A DNA stretch of 40,369 nucleotides, from the NCBI GenBank assembly GCA_036172245.1, contig JAYWIR010000015.1:4278001-4318369 (forward strand), given 5' to 3'. Origin of the DNA: Raillietiella orientalis. Taxonomy: Eukaryota. Numbering within the stretch: the first letter of the stretch is position 1; the number at the start of each line of letters is the position of its first letter. Positions 1 to 17,645 of the stretch are shown piece by piece. The notes under the pieces were generated by a model that was not told the origin of the DNA, searched no databases, and was given only the letters and a program-made list of their open reading frames with translations. Made by a program: the position numbers and the translations under genes.

Positions 1-135
1 AATAATAATAATTGAAGCGGAGAGGGCTGCCTGTGCTTTGTTTTAGTTGAAAAGACGCTGTCGCTCATGAAAAGATTGTCTTTTCTCTTCTGGATCAATT
101 CGGTTGGAAGGGAAGTGACTACTTATAAGACTTAC

Positions 136-415
136 GTTCAACTGCTTCGTTGCTGAGAGGTCCTGACGAACAGAGAATGATCCTGGGAAACTCCTCGTTT
201 CCCTGCGTGATGGATGAAGCTCTCAAAAAGATTGGCAGCTGGAGAACATTGTGCATGATATATTGGTGTAGGTGGTAAGCACTTAAAAGCATCATTGTTG
301 TAATAATGAAACTCCAGAGAATTTTCTTATATCTTTTTTTGCTCTCCAGGATGTGGCGTATTCCATGGACCCTGGTAGTCCTGAGAAAAACGAGTATGAT
401 ATTCGAAACACGCAT
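136..415 (-). CDS. First coding exon of a DEG/ENaC (pickpocket/ASIC-like) sodium channel; the rest of the gene is not resolved in this window
   Basis: The translation has the pre-TM1 T-T-x-x-H-G motif (TTRVHGIRHI), a hydrophobic TM1 (ILWSFIITTMMLLSAY) and FPRIILC, which resembles the FPAVTxC motif of DEG/ENaC channels. The exon ends at a GTAAGT donor at 135. Confidence 0.75.
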
Positions 416-1681
416 GTGGCATTCAGCTGAGTAATAACGTTGGGAGAGTAGCCGTCAGAGATCCGTGGTCACGAACGAGTCTTCTCGCACTGCGTGATTT
501 GGTCTGGAAATTGTGGCACGGGCACTTCGGATTACAACTCTCTGCGAAGATGCAGAACGGGCGAGTCGATCCGAAAGATTCAAAGTCCACCACAGTCATG
601 CGCGTTCTGTCTCTCTCCTTCACGTCGGCTTCAGAGTTGAGGTGGCTCACAAAACCTGACCTCGAGAGCACTCGCTCCTGATGTACACCAGCTGGCAAGT
701 CACAGGTCAACACTGATCCCACTCGTGAAGCAAATTCGTTCATGTCAGTTTTCATTCCGTGCTTCTGGTGACATTCGAATGCAAGACTCGTTTTATCCTC
801 TTAATTCAGCATGCAGCCAAAGCTGAGGAAAGGCCGATCTGTAGCCGCAAATTGCTTCAAGGTTTCGGGGGATTTGTGAATTACACGATTCACAGTCCTC
901 CTCACAGGTGAGAGAAAACCGTCACCTTTCAAATCAAACATGAAAGCCATTTTGCACTTTCGAGAAGCATAAATCGCTTCCAGAATGCATTCACATCGAA
1001 ATCGATTATTCGAGTACACGTGGATTTGAAAGCATTTGAAAGAACCATGAAGAGAAACACTCTGCATCATCCATTGTAAATGGCTACAATGTCTGCAAGG
1101 CAACACATCAAAACAGAGGATGGCTATCAGAGCATGCCATAACCGTGTCCGACAAATTTAAATGTAAATGTAAGATTGCCACATTAAAGTGAACGCCGAA
1201 AGAAACTGAAACTTTTGGTTGCTTTGGGGGTTTTCTTAATGTATTCCCACAGCATTGGTCGAGTAACTAAAACAAACTGCCATTACAGAGTCCAATATTT
1301 TATTTGTTACCATTTTACACTTAGTTGATGTCTCGCATAATACATTACTTTGTTTTCCAGAACTAAAAATCTACACGTGCTGCAGTGGAGAAACTGAAAT
1401 CCGAATGCAGCATGTATAATTTAAGTAACGATGAACGTTGGAACAAAGATAATTTTGGTTAGCACCTAAGATGTGTCAGGTAAGAAAACAATCACCTTGA
1501 ACGGAATCACACAATCTGTGCATGATCTTTCATTATTTGCCTTCATTAAAAATTCAAATACAGCATCAGTCATTTTTTTTTGTCTTTTTTTTTTAACTAT
1601 GCTTATTTCCATCAGGAATGCGAATATGTTTTTAAAAAAACTAAGGCAGTTACACATCATTTACAGCACTGTACATCATTT

Positions 1682-6287
<4,606 letters not shown>

Positions 6288-6316
6288 CTTGCTTTGAAAG
6301 CTGGAATGCTTTTGAT

Positions 6317-6346
6317 GCGGCAAAATTTGTTTGAAGTGGCGGCAAC
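6317..6346 (-). promoter_or_regulatory. Two E2F-like sites immediately upstream of the MCM4 start codon
   Basis: TTTGCCGC (6324-6317) matches the E2F consensus TTTSSCGC, and GTTGCCGC (6346-6339) is a near match. MCM genes are established E2F targets. A 7/8 match to the DRE (CATCGATA) lies at 6792-6799. Confidence 0.4.
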
Positions 6347-9014
6347 TAACAGGGTGACCACATTTGGGAAAATGATCCCAGTGCTTGAATTTTCAAACGT
6401 AAAATGAAGTTCATTTTGATTGATCATTACGGAGCTAATTTAAAATAACAAATTTGAAGTTATCACTCGCTGGTATCCACATGTTAATTAGAGGAAAAAA
6501 CTTTTATTTAATTTTTAGATTACTTATTTTCCTAAATACACTACACTACCCATACATACACTTACTTATTTCCCTAAAATACTGTCTTTTGCGCAAATAT
6601 TGCTGTGCAGCACATTCTACATTAGAATTTTAAAAATTCTCCATTTTGAAAAGAGAAGCTTCTGTTTGCAAAATTTGAATTAATTAACTCTTGCAAGAAC
6701 CAAAGCGAATGTGCTAAGGATTTTATAAATGAGTTATTAAAATTTTTCATCCTATGTGATTCAAAGAACACACTCGACCGAAAATTTGATTCATCGATAA
6801 TAACTGACTATAACTTTTCTTATTTTCAATACAACAAGAAAATCTTCCTATGTTCAAAACTTTGTTTCGAAACTCCATCATTAAAGCAAAACCTTCATTG
6901 CTGTATTTAATTTTGATTGCTTATCTGTTTCAAGAATATTGTTCAGATTTCATTGAAGTGCTACTTCTAATTTAGCTTGAGTTTCATGGAACAATAAAAC
7001 GAGCACTCCAGAACATTCGTTCACCTTTTTGTAGTATTTTTAAACGATTAATGAGAACACTGTAGCCTTTCTCTTGAGATTATTCTTGCATCCGGTCCAG
7101 AAGAAACAAATAAATGATTTGTTCATATAATTCTTATAAAGTGTATTCTTGAAACTTAAGGTATCTAATTTAGATATTTTGAGATTTATTCACGGAAATC
7201 AAATCAAGTGCGTGCTGAAGTACAGTGTTGGCATGATTTTTCTATGACAAGAAAGAGAGCTTTGCTTTTGCATGTCAGTTTTATGTGCACTAATCCAAAA
7301 GCAAATCTAGAAAAACGGAAAGGAAAATATGAAGCATCAGTTAAATAAAGAAGAAATGACAAATAGATTTATACAATATTGACATATTGATATTTCGGAA
7401 AAAATTGAGCAAGAAATTGTACTTTTCATCTGATGAACTGGTTTCTCTGAAGAATAGCAGCTTCTCTTCTAGAACGAAGAAAAGAAATCTGCTTAGTCCC
7501 ATAACTACTTTCCAACTCTCTTGCGTTTTCGTAGATGATATTTTCTCATTCTCATAACTTCAAAACACCCAAGTCTCGATTATTAACATGGTTTCTGTCT
7601 TTTAGAAATTTATAATTTGTATCTCTTTATTAAGATAAAAATTCTGAAATAAAGGAATTGAAATAAATGAGAATGAAATGAAGCAGGATTTAATTTTTTT
7701 GGTGTTATATGTGCAGAGAGTTTTAGACTTCTAATAACAAAACCTAGTCACGAATGTTTTTGATTTTTTTTGCTCTGTATGTAGAAAACTGAAAGGGTTC
7801 TACAAATAACTGAAAATCAACTACTGAATCTATTGCATTCTTGCTCTTTCATTCATCTTCGTAGTCGAATCAGGATATGCCTCAAGGTTTTAAAATACCA
7901 GTCAAGAACTGTTATATATTTCATTAGCTATCTGTCACTTGGAATGAAACTTGATAAAAGCTTTCATAGATACGACCGAACACTGACCCTTATTTCTAAA
8001 TAAAAAAAAAAAGACTGATAAACTTGTCAGTCTATATGAATCGGGATGGAGTTATTAAACGGCGAAGAAAATTGCAATTTTACGATCAAGGGATAGATTG
8101 CTAATTCTCTATTTTTTGAAGTTCTGTTGGAATTTGTCGCATCTGTTGATTAGCTGCTAGTCTGTGAATAGATTCACATTTACAAAGTGCTCTTCTCTTG
8201 ACTCCTTACACCTTTGACGATTCACTGCTGGAAATGCACGGGAAACTTTCAAAGAGATCAGGAAGCCGAAACCTTTGTTTCGCTTTGCTGAAATCCGTAG
8301 CTGAGACGTTTCGTGTAGTACTTTCACGAACGGCCTTTTTCCTTTCTGGAGATTAGATTACCTTTGGTTTGCTATCATTAACTATCTCTTTTCAGATTGC
8401 TAGATCCTGTGTTGTTATGAGTCCATTTTTTTTCCCTCTTTTTTTTTTGGGGGGGGGAACCTGTAACTCTGGATTTTTAAAAAACCTGAACTTTTCCTTC
8501 TTTGTTCTGTTCCAGCAGTGGGGATGCCTCGAGTAAATAGTCTTGCTCCTGAGCATTTTCAGGGAAATTTCCTCCTCGGCCTGGAACAAAACCGTGCCCA
8601 TAAATATATTGCACATTGCATGGAAAAGGGGAAGCAGCAGAAAGAAAATACAACAGCAAAGCTATGCTGGGCGTTCGCCGTACGCGTATCACAAACTGTG
8701 CGGTCGTCTCGTGCGTGGTGATGTTCTGATTACAAAGTGTTGTAAACTTTGGGTCCTGGAGAGTTGCATGCCCGTTTACAAAGTGGTTGCTTATTCGAAA
8801 AGACAAGGAAGAGTGTTAGAAGTCCGCATAATGTATTATTCTATGAGCTATAAATGATTTTGTAAGTCGTTTTACAAAAAAGAAATGCTACCGAGTAAAC
8901 TAAACATTTAGTAAATTCAATGGCATACGAATTGTTGATGGGTGTTTGTTATTTTACTGTTTTGTCGGTACCTTTCTATCCTTGCTATTTAGCTTATTAG
9001 GAATTGAGGATCAG

Positions 9015-9081
9015 TTTTTCTTCTTTTTCTCTCTCTCTTCCCTCCCCCCCCTCCCCACCGAAAATCCTTTAGCTGGTAAGC
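9015..9081 (+). promoter_or_regulatory. Candidate non-coding first exon / promoter region of brahma
   Basis: A CT/C-rich tract is followed by a strong CTG|GTAAGC donor at 9076. A T-rich acceptor (TTTTAG, 11405) lies 32 nt before the brahma ATG. The link between them is inferred. Confidence 0.3.
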
Positions 9082-10605
9082 CAAGTCCGTAACTGTGAAG
9101 GAGTTCACAGAATGATCCAGGCGATGCGGCTTATTGTAAATAAGTTGTGTCGTTTTGTATCCTGAATGCTAATGTGGGTTATTCAAGTAGTTTAAGATGT
9201 TTCAGTGAACACGGAAACTAAATATCCGAAAATGCTGCATTTAATGCCCTAAACGGCGGATATGAAAAATTAAAATCATAAATGGAAACACTCAAAAGCG
9301 TCTGCAAAGTGCAAGTGAAACATTTAAACTTCATCTGAACTGAATTTTAAATCGAGACGACTCCTAGATAAATTTATAATTAGTTTATGCAATTTTTACA
9401 AGTTAGTTTGCAATTTTTCAAATTCCATTACAAAAGACCGGCAGAGTTTTGATGCAAGCCCGTCGGTTTTAATGTTTTTGTAATGATGAAGATATGTGCA
9501 AATCAGTTAGGCGAATCGGATAGAAAGTAAAATGCTTACGTGAAAAGTAGCTTTCGATAATGATCACCTTATAAAATTAACAAAAATGTGCTCAGAGAAC
9601 GATAAAAGGTAAAGTTTGGTTGTGTGCTTTCAAGCAAACTAAATATATCTGCTTAATCACCCAAACAGTAAAAATTAGAAAAATATTGAACAAAACTAGG
9701 ATTGAGGTTAGTAGTTGAGTTTGGATAAAAAGTTACTCCCATGTGGAAGTTATTCAGATTGCATGTACCCAACCCATTTTGCATTAAAACTCGAAAAATT
9801 TGGGATTTATTTCGATTTTAATCTTCAGGCTTCCGAAGCACGTTTAATTGGTTACTTGGTAGGCGATAATCTCAGCAAAATGAAGTTTGTGGCATTTAAA
9901 ATCAAGTCACATAAAATGATGTAGTTTCTCTGCTTTTAAAAAAAATTCTTATGTATTTTCCATGGAAATATAATTAAGCAGTTTGAGTAAACTTACTATT
10001 CTTGCAAATGTAATTGTTTGGTTTTACTTGTATTTATTCTTTGTTTTTGCTAAGCGCAAATGCTTCTAGTTTTTTTGAATCACTTTTAGTGCTAAATAAG
10101 TGATTGTTTATGGTGTGTTCATTAGATTTCATGTGTCTCATGTGGTTGTAACACCACACCGTGCCATGTTTTCTTACGTAAAGTATGCTTAATCCAGTGG
10201 GATGCTGAAATTCCTTATTTCTTGAATAATTCAGTTGCTAGTAGCACATAAATGGTATTGATTTTGAATAAGATACCAATTTCATTTCTGTAATCAGTGG
10301 AATTATGTGGTTTAAAATTCATTAGTCTTTCTTTAAAGAAAATGTTTATGTATACAGTGATATTTATATAATGCATCCATGTAGTCAACTTGTTATTGTT
10401 TTATTCAAGATGTTTTGGTAAAAAAAATAAAGAATTTGTGAATTTTTTCCCTCTCTCTCTTGAATTTGTCCTATTCCTTGTTCAAAGAATTCCCTAAAAG
10501 CATTCCCCATGTCTAAGCATGAATTGTCCAAACTAGAATAGCATATTTTGGTGTGCTAATAAACAGATGGAATAAATAGTAATTCGTACATAAGTGAAAA
10601 TATGT

Positions 10606-10630
10606 AAAAAAAAAAAAAAAAAAAAAAAAA
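10606..10630 (+). repeat. A25 homopolymer
   Basis: 25 consecutive A, preceded by AATAAA at 10558 and 10571. Confidence 0.8.
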
Positions 10631-11437
10631 CTATGGGCACAAAGAATTAATTGCATGCATGCTTATATCCAAATATGCATGGTCTTAGAGACGATGCTTG
10701 CCAATTATTTATGTTAATTATGATGTACTATATTAATGAAGTTAGATACTGCAGAAGATGAGGTTTGTAAGATTTTTCAATGAATATTAATATAGATAAA
10801 TACCTAATGCCATCCCCAAGTTAACCTCGAATTATCAAATATTCATTAGTGCGCATTATTTATATTTACTTTGTTTTTTCATCTACTTCATATGTGATTT
10901 GTTCAATAGTGTATGATTACTTAAAATGTTTTGTAATAGTATGGAGAATAACATGAATCTATAAAATTCATTAGATTAATATTCAAAATGAAAGAATATT
11001 ATGATGTCAAGATAACAGTTCGAAAAAAAAGTTATCTGTATATTGGTTTAGGGAATTAAGAAAATATTAAATATCAAGGTAATTAAAAAAGATTATGAAA
11101 GAAAGTCTAAAATGTGTCACTTTTTAGGCAGTTACATTGTATAAAAAAAAACTATAGTGAGCATTCAGCCATACTTAATGATAGGCCATAGCTGCACAAT
11201 AGAGCTGATTTGAGGATGTTGTGTCAGCAGTTCAACTGAGGGAGACATAATGTAGAATTGGTGATGGGGATCTTTGCAATAATGATATAGGAATTTTTTT
11301 ATGAATTAATGGTACTTTGTGCTGATTTATTATTTGAGATTATGTAGCCTTTTTTTGTTTTTTGAATGGAGAATAGCTATTTGTATAATTTTTATGTCAT
11401 TTTAGGATATTTTTCATAACTTGTATGAATTTGCATC

Positions 11438-14400
11438 ATGACATCACCTAGTCCAACTACTATGCAATCTTCAAACTTCTTAGGAGCAGCCCATCAGCCA
11501 TCTTCACCCATGTGTCCTCCAAATCAAATTCCATCTCCTATGCCTGGATCACAACAAAATTCACCACACCCAAATCAAACACCATCGCCTGCTATCCCAC
11601 TGCAACCGTCTTTAAATACCATCCAAGCCAATTCTCCATCTGTATCTCAGAACCCAGGGATTAATCATCTTTCCAATGTTACCTATCCATCATCATATTC
11701 TCATCAGCCTCAGTCTGTTCAGGTTACTTCAGTACCCAGTGGAAATTATATTAACCATAATCAGAGAGCCCATTTTCATGCTACAGTACCTCAACCCATT
11801 CATCCTGCACAAGTCAATAGCCCTACTATCATGGGACCACCAAATTCAATCCCCACTGCTGTCAGTCCAACTACTTGTCTTCCACCAACACCCATACGAC
11901 CTTCACATCAGGTATGTTACAAAGTTTTTTCATGAAATTGAACGTTGTCATTATAGAACTTCAATGAAGTTGTTAATACTCCTCCTTTGCCTGCTGCTGT
12001 TGCTGAACCAAATCAGAAACCAACTTTTAACCCCACTCAGCTGCATCAGTTACGAGCCCAAATCATGATATACAAATTATTAGCACGAAATCAACCTTTG
12101 CCTCCTTCTTTAGTGTTAGCTATGCAAGGGAAATGGAATGAAAACCTCCCCCAGCCATCATCTTTGAGAACATCTGGTTAGTTTCATTGAATGATTCTTA
12201 TGTCTCATGCCCTAGTATGTTTGTGTCATACTATATTGAGCACATTGACACCATAATTAATGGATTGTATTTTGTCCCTATCAGGTTGTATGCCTTCACC
12301 TGGATCAGGAGTTTCAGGAAGTGCACTTCCTGTCAACCAAGGACCATCAGGAGGGCCCCCTCGATATGTTTTACAAACACCATCTGTGCCATCAGGCCAT
12401 CAGTCAAACTTACCCCTGGTCCAGACCCAAAAACAAAATCGTATAACTCCTGTTGCTAAGCCTGTGGGTATTGACCCCATCATCATTCTGGAAGAAAGAG
12501 AAAACAGGTTCCAATACATTTTTGAAAAGTAAGGATGACTGCTTCTAGATTGGCAGCTCGCATAGGCCATAGAATTCAAGAACTTACTTCCCTTAATGCC
12601 AACCTTCCTGAGGATGTTAGATGCAAGGCACAAATTGAATTGAGAGCCTTGCGGTTACTCAATTTCCAGAGGCAACTAAAAGCTGAAGTGAGTTTGGTGT
12701 TTGATGTATTGTTTAGCTAAAGCTTAATACTGATTTCAACAATAATTCACTATCCTTCTGTCTTGATTTGCAGATCATTGCCTGCATGAGAAAGGACACT
12801 ACTTTGGAAACCGCTATCAATATCAAGGCCTATAAACGGTGCAAGCGTCAAGGTTTAAGGGAGGCAAGAAGCACTGAGAAATTGGAAAAGCAGCAAAAGT
12901 TAGAAGCAGAAAGAAAACGCCGTCAGAAGCACCAAGAATACCTCAATGCTGTACTACAGCTTGGCAAAGATCTGAAAGAATTTCACAGAAACAATCAAGC
13001 AAAACTTGCCAAAGTAAATAAAGCAATTCTCACATACCATGCTAATGCAGAGAGAGAGAAAAATAAGGAACAAGAAAGAATTGAGAAAGAACGTATGCGA
13101 AGGCTAATGGCTGAGGATGAGGAAGGCTACCGAAAACTGATTGATCAAAAGAAAGACAAGAGATTAGCATTCCTTCTGTCACAAACAGATGAATATATTG
13201 CCAACTTGACAGAAATGGTGAAACAGCATAAAACAGACCAACGCAAGAAAATGAAAGAACAACGCAAAAAAAGAAAGGTGAATCATTTTAACAAGAAAAC
13301 CTTTTTACAATTTTTCAGAATGTCAAGCGAGACACAGATGATGCTGAGGAGCGTCACGTGACAGTAGTAGAGACAAGCTCTGGCAAAACACTAACTGGAG
13401 AGGAGGCTCCCTTGGCTAGTCAGTTGGAAGCTTGGCTGGAAATGCACTTGGGATGGGAAGCTGCTCCTCGAGAAGACGATGGTGAAGACGATGGTGAGGA
13501 TAGTGAGGATGACATGGCTGAAACAGAAGAGGAGGAGGAGGAAGGTGAGCATAGAAGGATTCGGAAATTTATTTTTTGGTTATCAACATTGCAGCACTAG
13601 CAAATCCTTTCTCAGAAGGAAACACTGATAAAACGGATGAAGAAATGGCAAAGGATGTGATTCAAAAGGCAAAAGTTGAAGATGATGAATATAAATCAAC
13701 TTCTGGGGAGAAAAACTATTATGGGTAAGTTGAGGAATAAGTCCTTTCAGTTGCATAGTTGTCAATAGGATTGCTCATACCATCCGAGAAATAGTGACAG
13801 AACAAACAAGTCTCCTTGTAAATGGAAAACTAAAAGAATATCAGATCAAAGGTCTGGAATGGTTGGTTTCTTTGTACAACAACAATTTAAATGGCATTTT
13901 GGCTGATGAAATGGGTTTGGGCAAAACTATTCAAACTATAGCCCTCATCACGTATCTGATGGAAAAGAAAAAAGTCAATGGTCCTTTTCTTATCATTGTA
14001 CCACTGTCAACATTGTCCAATTGGATTTTGGAGTTTGAAAAGTGGGCTCCCAGTGTCATTGTAGTCCCCTACAAGGGGAGCCCCTCTGTAAGGCGTAATG
14101 TTCAAAATCAGATGAAAGGTGCCAAGTTCAATGTACTCTTGACTACCTATGAATATGTAATCAAAGACAAGGCAGTATTGTCTAAGCTGCGCTGGAAGTA
14201 CATGATAATTGATGAAGGTCATCGCATGAAGAATCATCACTGTAAATTGACACAGATTCTAAATACATTTTATTGTGCCCCTCATCGTGTGCTATTAACA
14301 GGCACTCCCCTTCAAAATAAGCTTCCTGAGTTATGGGCTCTACTCAATTTCTTGCTTCCTTCTATCTTCAAGTCCTGCAATACTTTTGAGCAATGGTTTA

Positions 14401-16658
14401 ATGCTCCTTTTGCCACAACAGGAGAAAAGGTGGAATTAAATGAAGAAGAAACAATTTTAATCATTAGGCGTTTACACAAAGTTTTGAGACCATTCTTGTT
14501 ACGTCGCCTTAAGAAGGAAGTAGAGTCCCAACTCCCTGATAAAGTGGAGTATATCATAAAGTGTGAAATGTCGGGATTGCAGCGGGTTTTGTATCGTCAT
14601 ATGCAAAACAAAGGTGTCTTATTGACTGATGGTTCTGAAAAAGGCAAACAAGGAAGGGGTGGCACCAAAGCCCTTATGAATACTATCATGCAACTTCGAA
14701 AACTATGCAATCATCCATTCATGTTTAGCCATATTGAGGAAGCTTATTGCAGTCATCTTGGCATCAGTACCAATGTAGTAACTGGACCGGATTTGTATCG
14801 AGCTTCCGGGAAATTTGAACTCCTAGACAGGATTTTGCCCAAACTTAAGAAAATGAATCACAGAGTACTGCTTTTTTGTCAGATGACTCAGTTAATGACT
14901 ATCATGGAAGACTACTTAAACTGGAGAGGTTTTCGCTACTTGCGTTTGGATGGCACCACTAAAGCTGAAGACCGGGGACAACTTCTTTCTATGTTTAACA
15001 ATCCCAGCTCAGATTACTTCCTTTTTCTTCTCAGCACCAGAGCTGGTGGTTTAGGTCTTAATTTGCAGGCTGCTGATACAGTAGTCATTTTTGATTCTGA
15101 TTGGAATCCTCATCAAGATTTACAAGCACAAGACCGTGCCCATCGAATTGGTCAACAGAATGAAGTGCGTGTTTTGCGTTTGATGACTGTCAATTCTGTA
15201 GAAGAGCGTATTTTGGCAGCAGCACGGTACAAGTTGAACATGGATGAGAAAGTTATCCAAGCTGGAATGTTTGATCAGAAGTCAACTGGCTTGGAACGAC
15301 GTCAGTTTCTGCAGAGCATTTTGCATCAGGATGAAGGAGAGGAAGAGGTGGATAGATTATTGTGAGAGTCATTTTTTATTTTACAGTTCTTTGTTTTTAG
15401 GAAGAAAATGAAGTTCCTGATGATGAAACTGTGAATCAGATGATTGCACGCACTGAAAGTGAGTTTGAGTTATTCCAGTGTATGGATGTGGAGCGACGCA
15501 GAGAGGAAGCTAAACTTGGACATAACAGAAAGCCTCGCTTGATGGAGGAAGAGGAACTTCCAGAGTGGTTGAGCAGAGATGATGAAGATGTAAGGTTTTT
15601 TTTTTAATATTTTTGTATTATAAAATGTTTGGATAGCTCAATTTTGAAGAGGAAGATGATAAGTACTATGGGAGAGGATCACGCCAAAGGAAAGACGTGG
15701 ATTACAGTGATAGTTTAACTGATAGAGAATGGCTTAAAGTCATTGGGGTAAGCAAGCTCATTTGGTCTTTCATGGATTGCATACCTAATAATTGACAGGC
15801 ATATGAAGATAGCAGTAGCCTTGTTGATGAAGGAGACAATGAAGATTTGCGAAGACGTGGAGGAAGAAAAAAAGGTAGCAAAAAGCATAGAAGAGATGAA
15901 GAAGAAATAGAAGAAGTTCCAAAAGAAAAAAGAAGAAGAGGTCGGCCATGTCTTCCTGAACGGCCTCCAACAGATGCAAGAATGGTTAGAAAAATGAAGA
16001 AACTTATTGATATTGTTGTGAAGTATACTGATAGGTGAGGAAATGAAGTAAGGCACCCATTGGTACTAATTAATCAATAGGGATGGACGAGTCTTAAGTG
16101 AACCCTTTATGAAGTTACCTCCACGTCGTGATCTACCTGATTACTACAGCATCATCAGGAAACCCATTGATGTAACAAAAATCAAAAATCGCATTAACAA
16201 CAATCGGGTGAGTTTTTTCAGAGGTGAATCATCTGAGCATTGCTTTGTAGTATCTCAACCTAGATGACTTGGAACATGACTTCATGTTGTTGTGTCATAA
16301 TGCTCAGCAATATAATGAGGAGAATTCGTTGATTTTTGAGGATTCAGTTGTACTGCAATCAGTTTTTACAAACGCACGTGAGAGATTGGAGCAGGAAAGT
16401 GCAAGTTTACCTGATAACCCAGAACGGGAAACTAGCAGAAACAAATGGTCTGCTAATGAAATGTCGCAAACACGATCTGATGATGATGATGATGCAGTTG
16501 ACTGTTCTGATGAAGAGGGAAGTGTGAAGCTCAAGATCAAAATAAAAAATGAAGATCGAATAAACAGAAAAATTCCTGAAAGTCGCAACAAAAGGAAAAG
16601 GATCATCAAGAAATATACCAGTGATAATGAAGATGAGGATATGGTTCCTATGCAGTAA
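11438..16658 (+). CDS. brm: Brahma / SMARCA2/4 SWI/SNF ATPase, 13 coding exons, about 1521 aa. Exons: 11438-11911, 11957-12176, 12285-12507, 12549-12687, 12774-13277, 13319-13544, 13595-13724, 13769-15347, 15401-15589, 15637-15747, 15799-16034, 16081-16207, 16251-16658
   Basis: QLQ domain ([20 protein letters not shown]), HSA domain, BRK domain ([28 protein letters not shown]), SNF2 ATPase ([23 protein letters not shown]), SnAC region, AT-hook-like KRRRGRP and a bromodomain ([15 protein letters not shown]). All 12 GT-AG introns are phase-consistent (4,566 nt). Confidence 0.97.
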
Positions 16659-16665
16659 ATGTTCC

Positions 16666-16698
16666 AATAAATTCTCAAATGATAATTTACATTTTATT
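16666..16698. terminator. Back-to-back polyadenylation signals of the convergent brahma and DOHH genes
   Basis: AATAAA on + at 16666-16671, starting 8 nt after the brahma TAA. AATAAA on - at 16698-16693, overlapping the DOHH stop (GAA TAA A). Confidence 0.55.
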
Positions 16699-17645
16699 CA
16701 GCTAAATGTAAACCAATTTCACAGCTTTCACGTATTAATCTACATGGATCATATAAATGCATCTTGAGGATTTTTTGGCACTCTGTGGTTCCTATGGAAC
16801 CCAGAGCTTCTGCGCATTCATGGCGTACCATGTCCATTTCTTTCTGATCAGCAAGTGCTTCTGCCAAAGGGAGGATGGAAAGAGGTCTTTGCAACTGACC
16901 TAGCACATATGCAACCTCATGACGAAATAGTGCACTAGTTTTATCCTTTAAACCTATAAAAACATTAGATGAAGTAAATAAAATTTAATACCTTCATGAA
17001 GAATGCTAACAGCATCATCAGTGCCCATGTTACGTAATGTGAACATTGCTCTGTAACGGGTGAATAAATTATTACAAGGATCCAAAAATTTATGTTTTAA
17101 TAATTCCAAATTGTATGCCTGTTCAGAAGGAAATGGGGGAGCTGGATCAACTGAACAATATGGGCTATTGTTCGCTTTTCCATTTGCAAGATTCCATTCT
17201 AGAAGATTAGTTGCCAGATAGCAAGTTTCTGCAACTTCATTATTGTCATCTTTAGCAAACTGCTTAAGTGTATCTAAAGCTTCAGATGCATTGAGTGCAC
17301 CTAATGCTTCACCTTACAAATGCATCATTAGTCTGGTCTAATATACTTGTACTTACCAGCTTCATGTCTTATAATTGGTTCCACTGAAGTATTTGTTAGA
17401 ATATTCAACAAATGAGGGATAGCACGTGTACATTGCATTTGACCAAGACAATATGCAAGCTCATGTTTCAATAATACTGAATCATCATCAAATGCCTCAA
17501 TTATGAAGTCAACAGCATCATCACTACATAGATTTTTCAGAACAAAAAGTGCACGAAACTTTTCAACTAATGGTTTATTGTTGCTACAGAGTAATCTCCC
17601 AATGTCATGCACATTTTGATTTTTATCAAAAACCTCAAATACCAT
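16694..17645 (-). CDS. DOHH: Deoxyhypusine hydroxylase, 3 exons (17645-17357, 17312-16992, 16953-16694), about 289 aa
   Basis: HEAT-repeat protein with all four His-Glu iron-binding motifs (LKHELAYCLGQM, IRHEAGEALGA, FRHEVAYVLGQL, VRHECAEALGSIG) and the SVDPAPP linker. Introns of 44 and 38 nt are phase-consistent. Confidence 0.95.

Noticed and set aside
6700..8860. Exon-like fragments and ORFs of 67-109 aa between MCM4 and brahma
   Set aside because: Splice-like sites exist on the - strand, but the combinations I tried hit stop codons and no family is recognisable.
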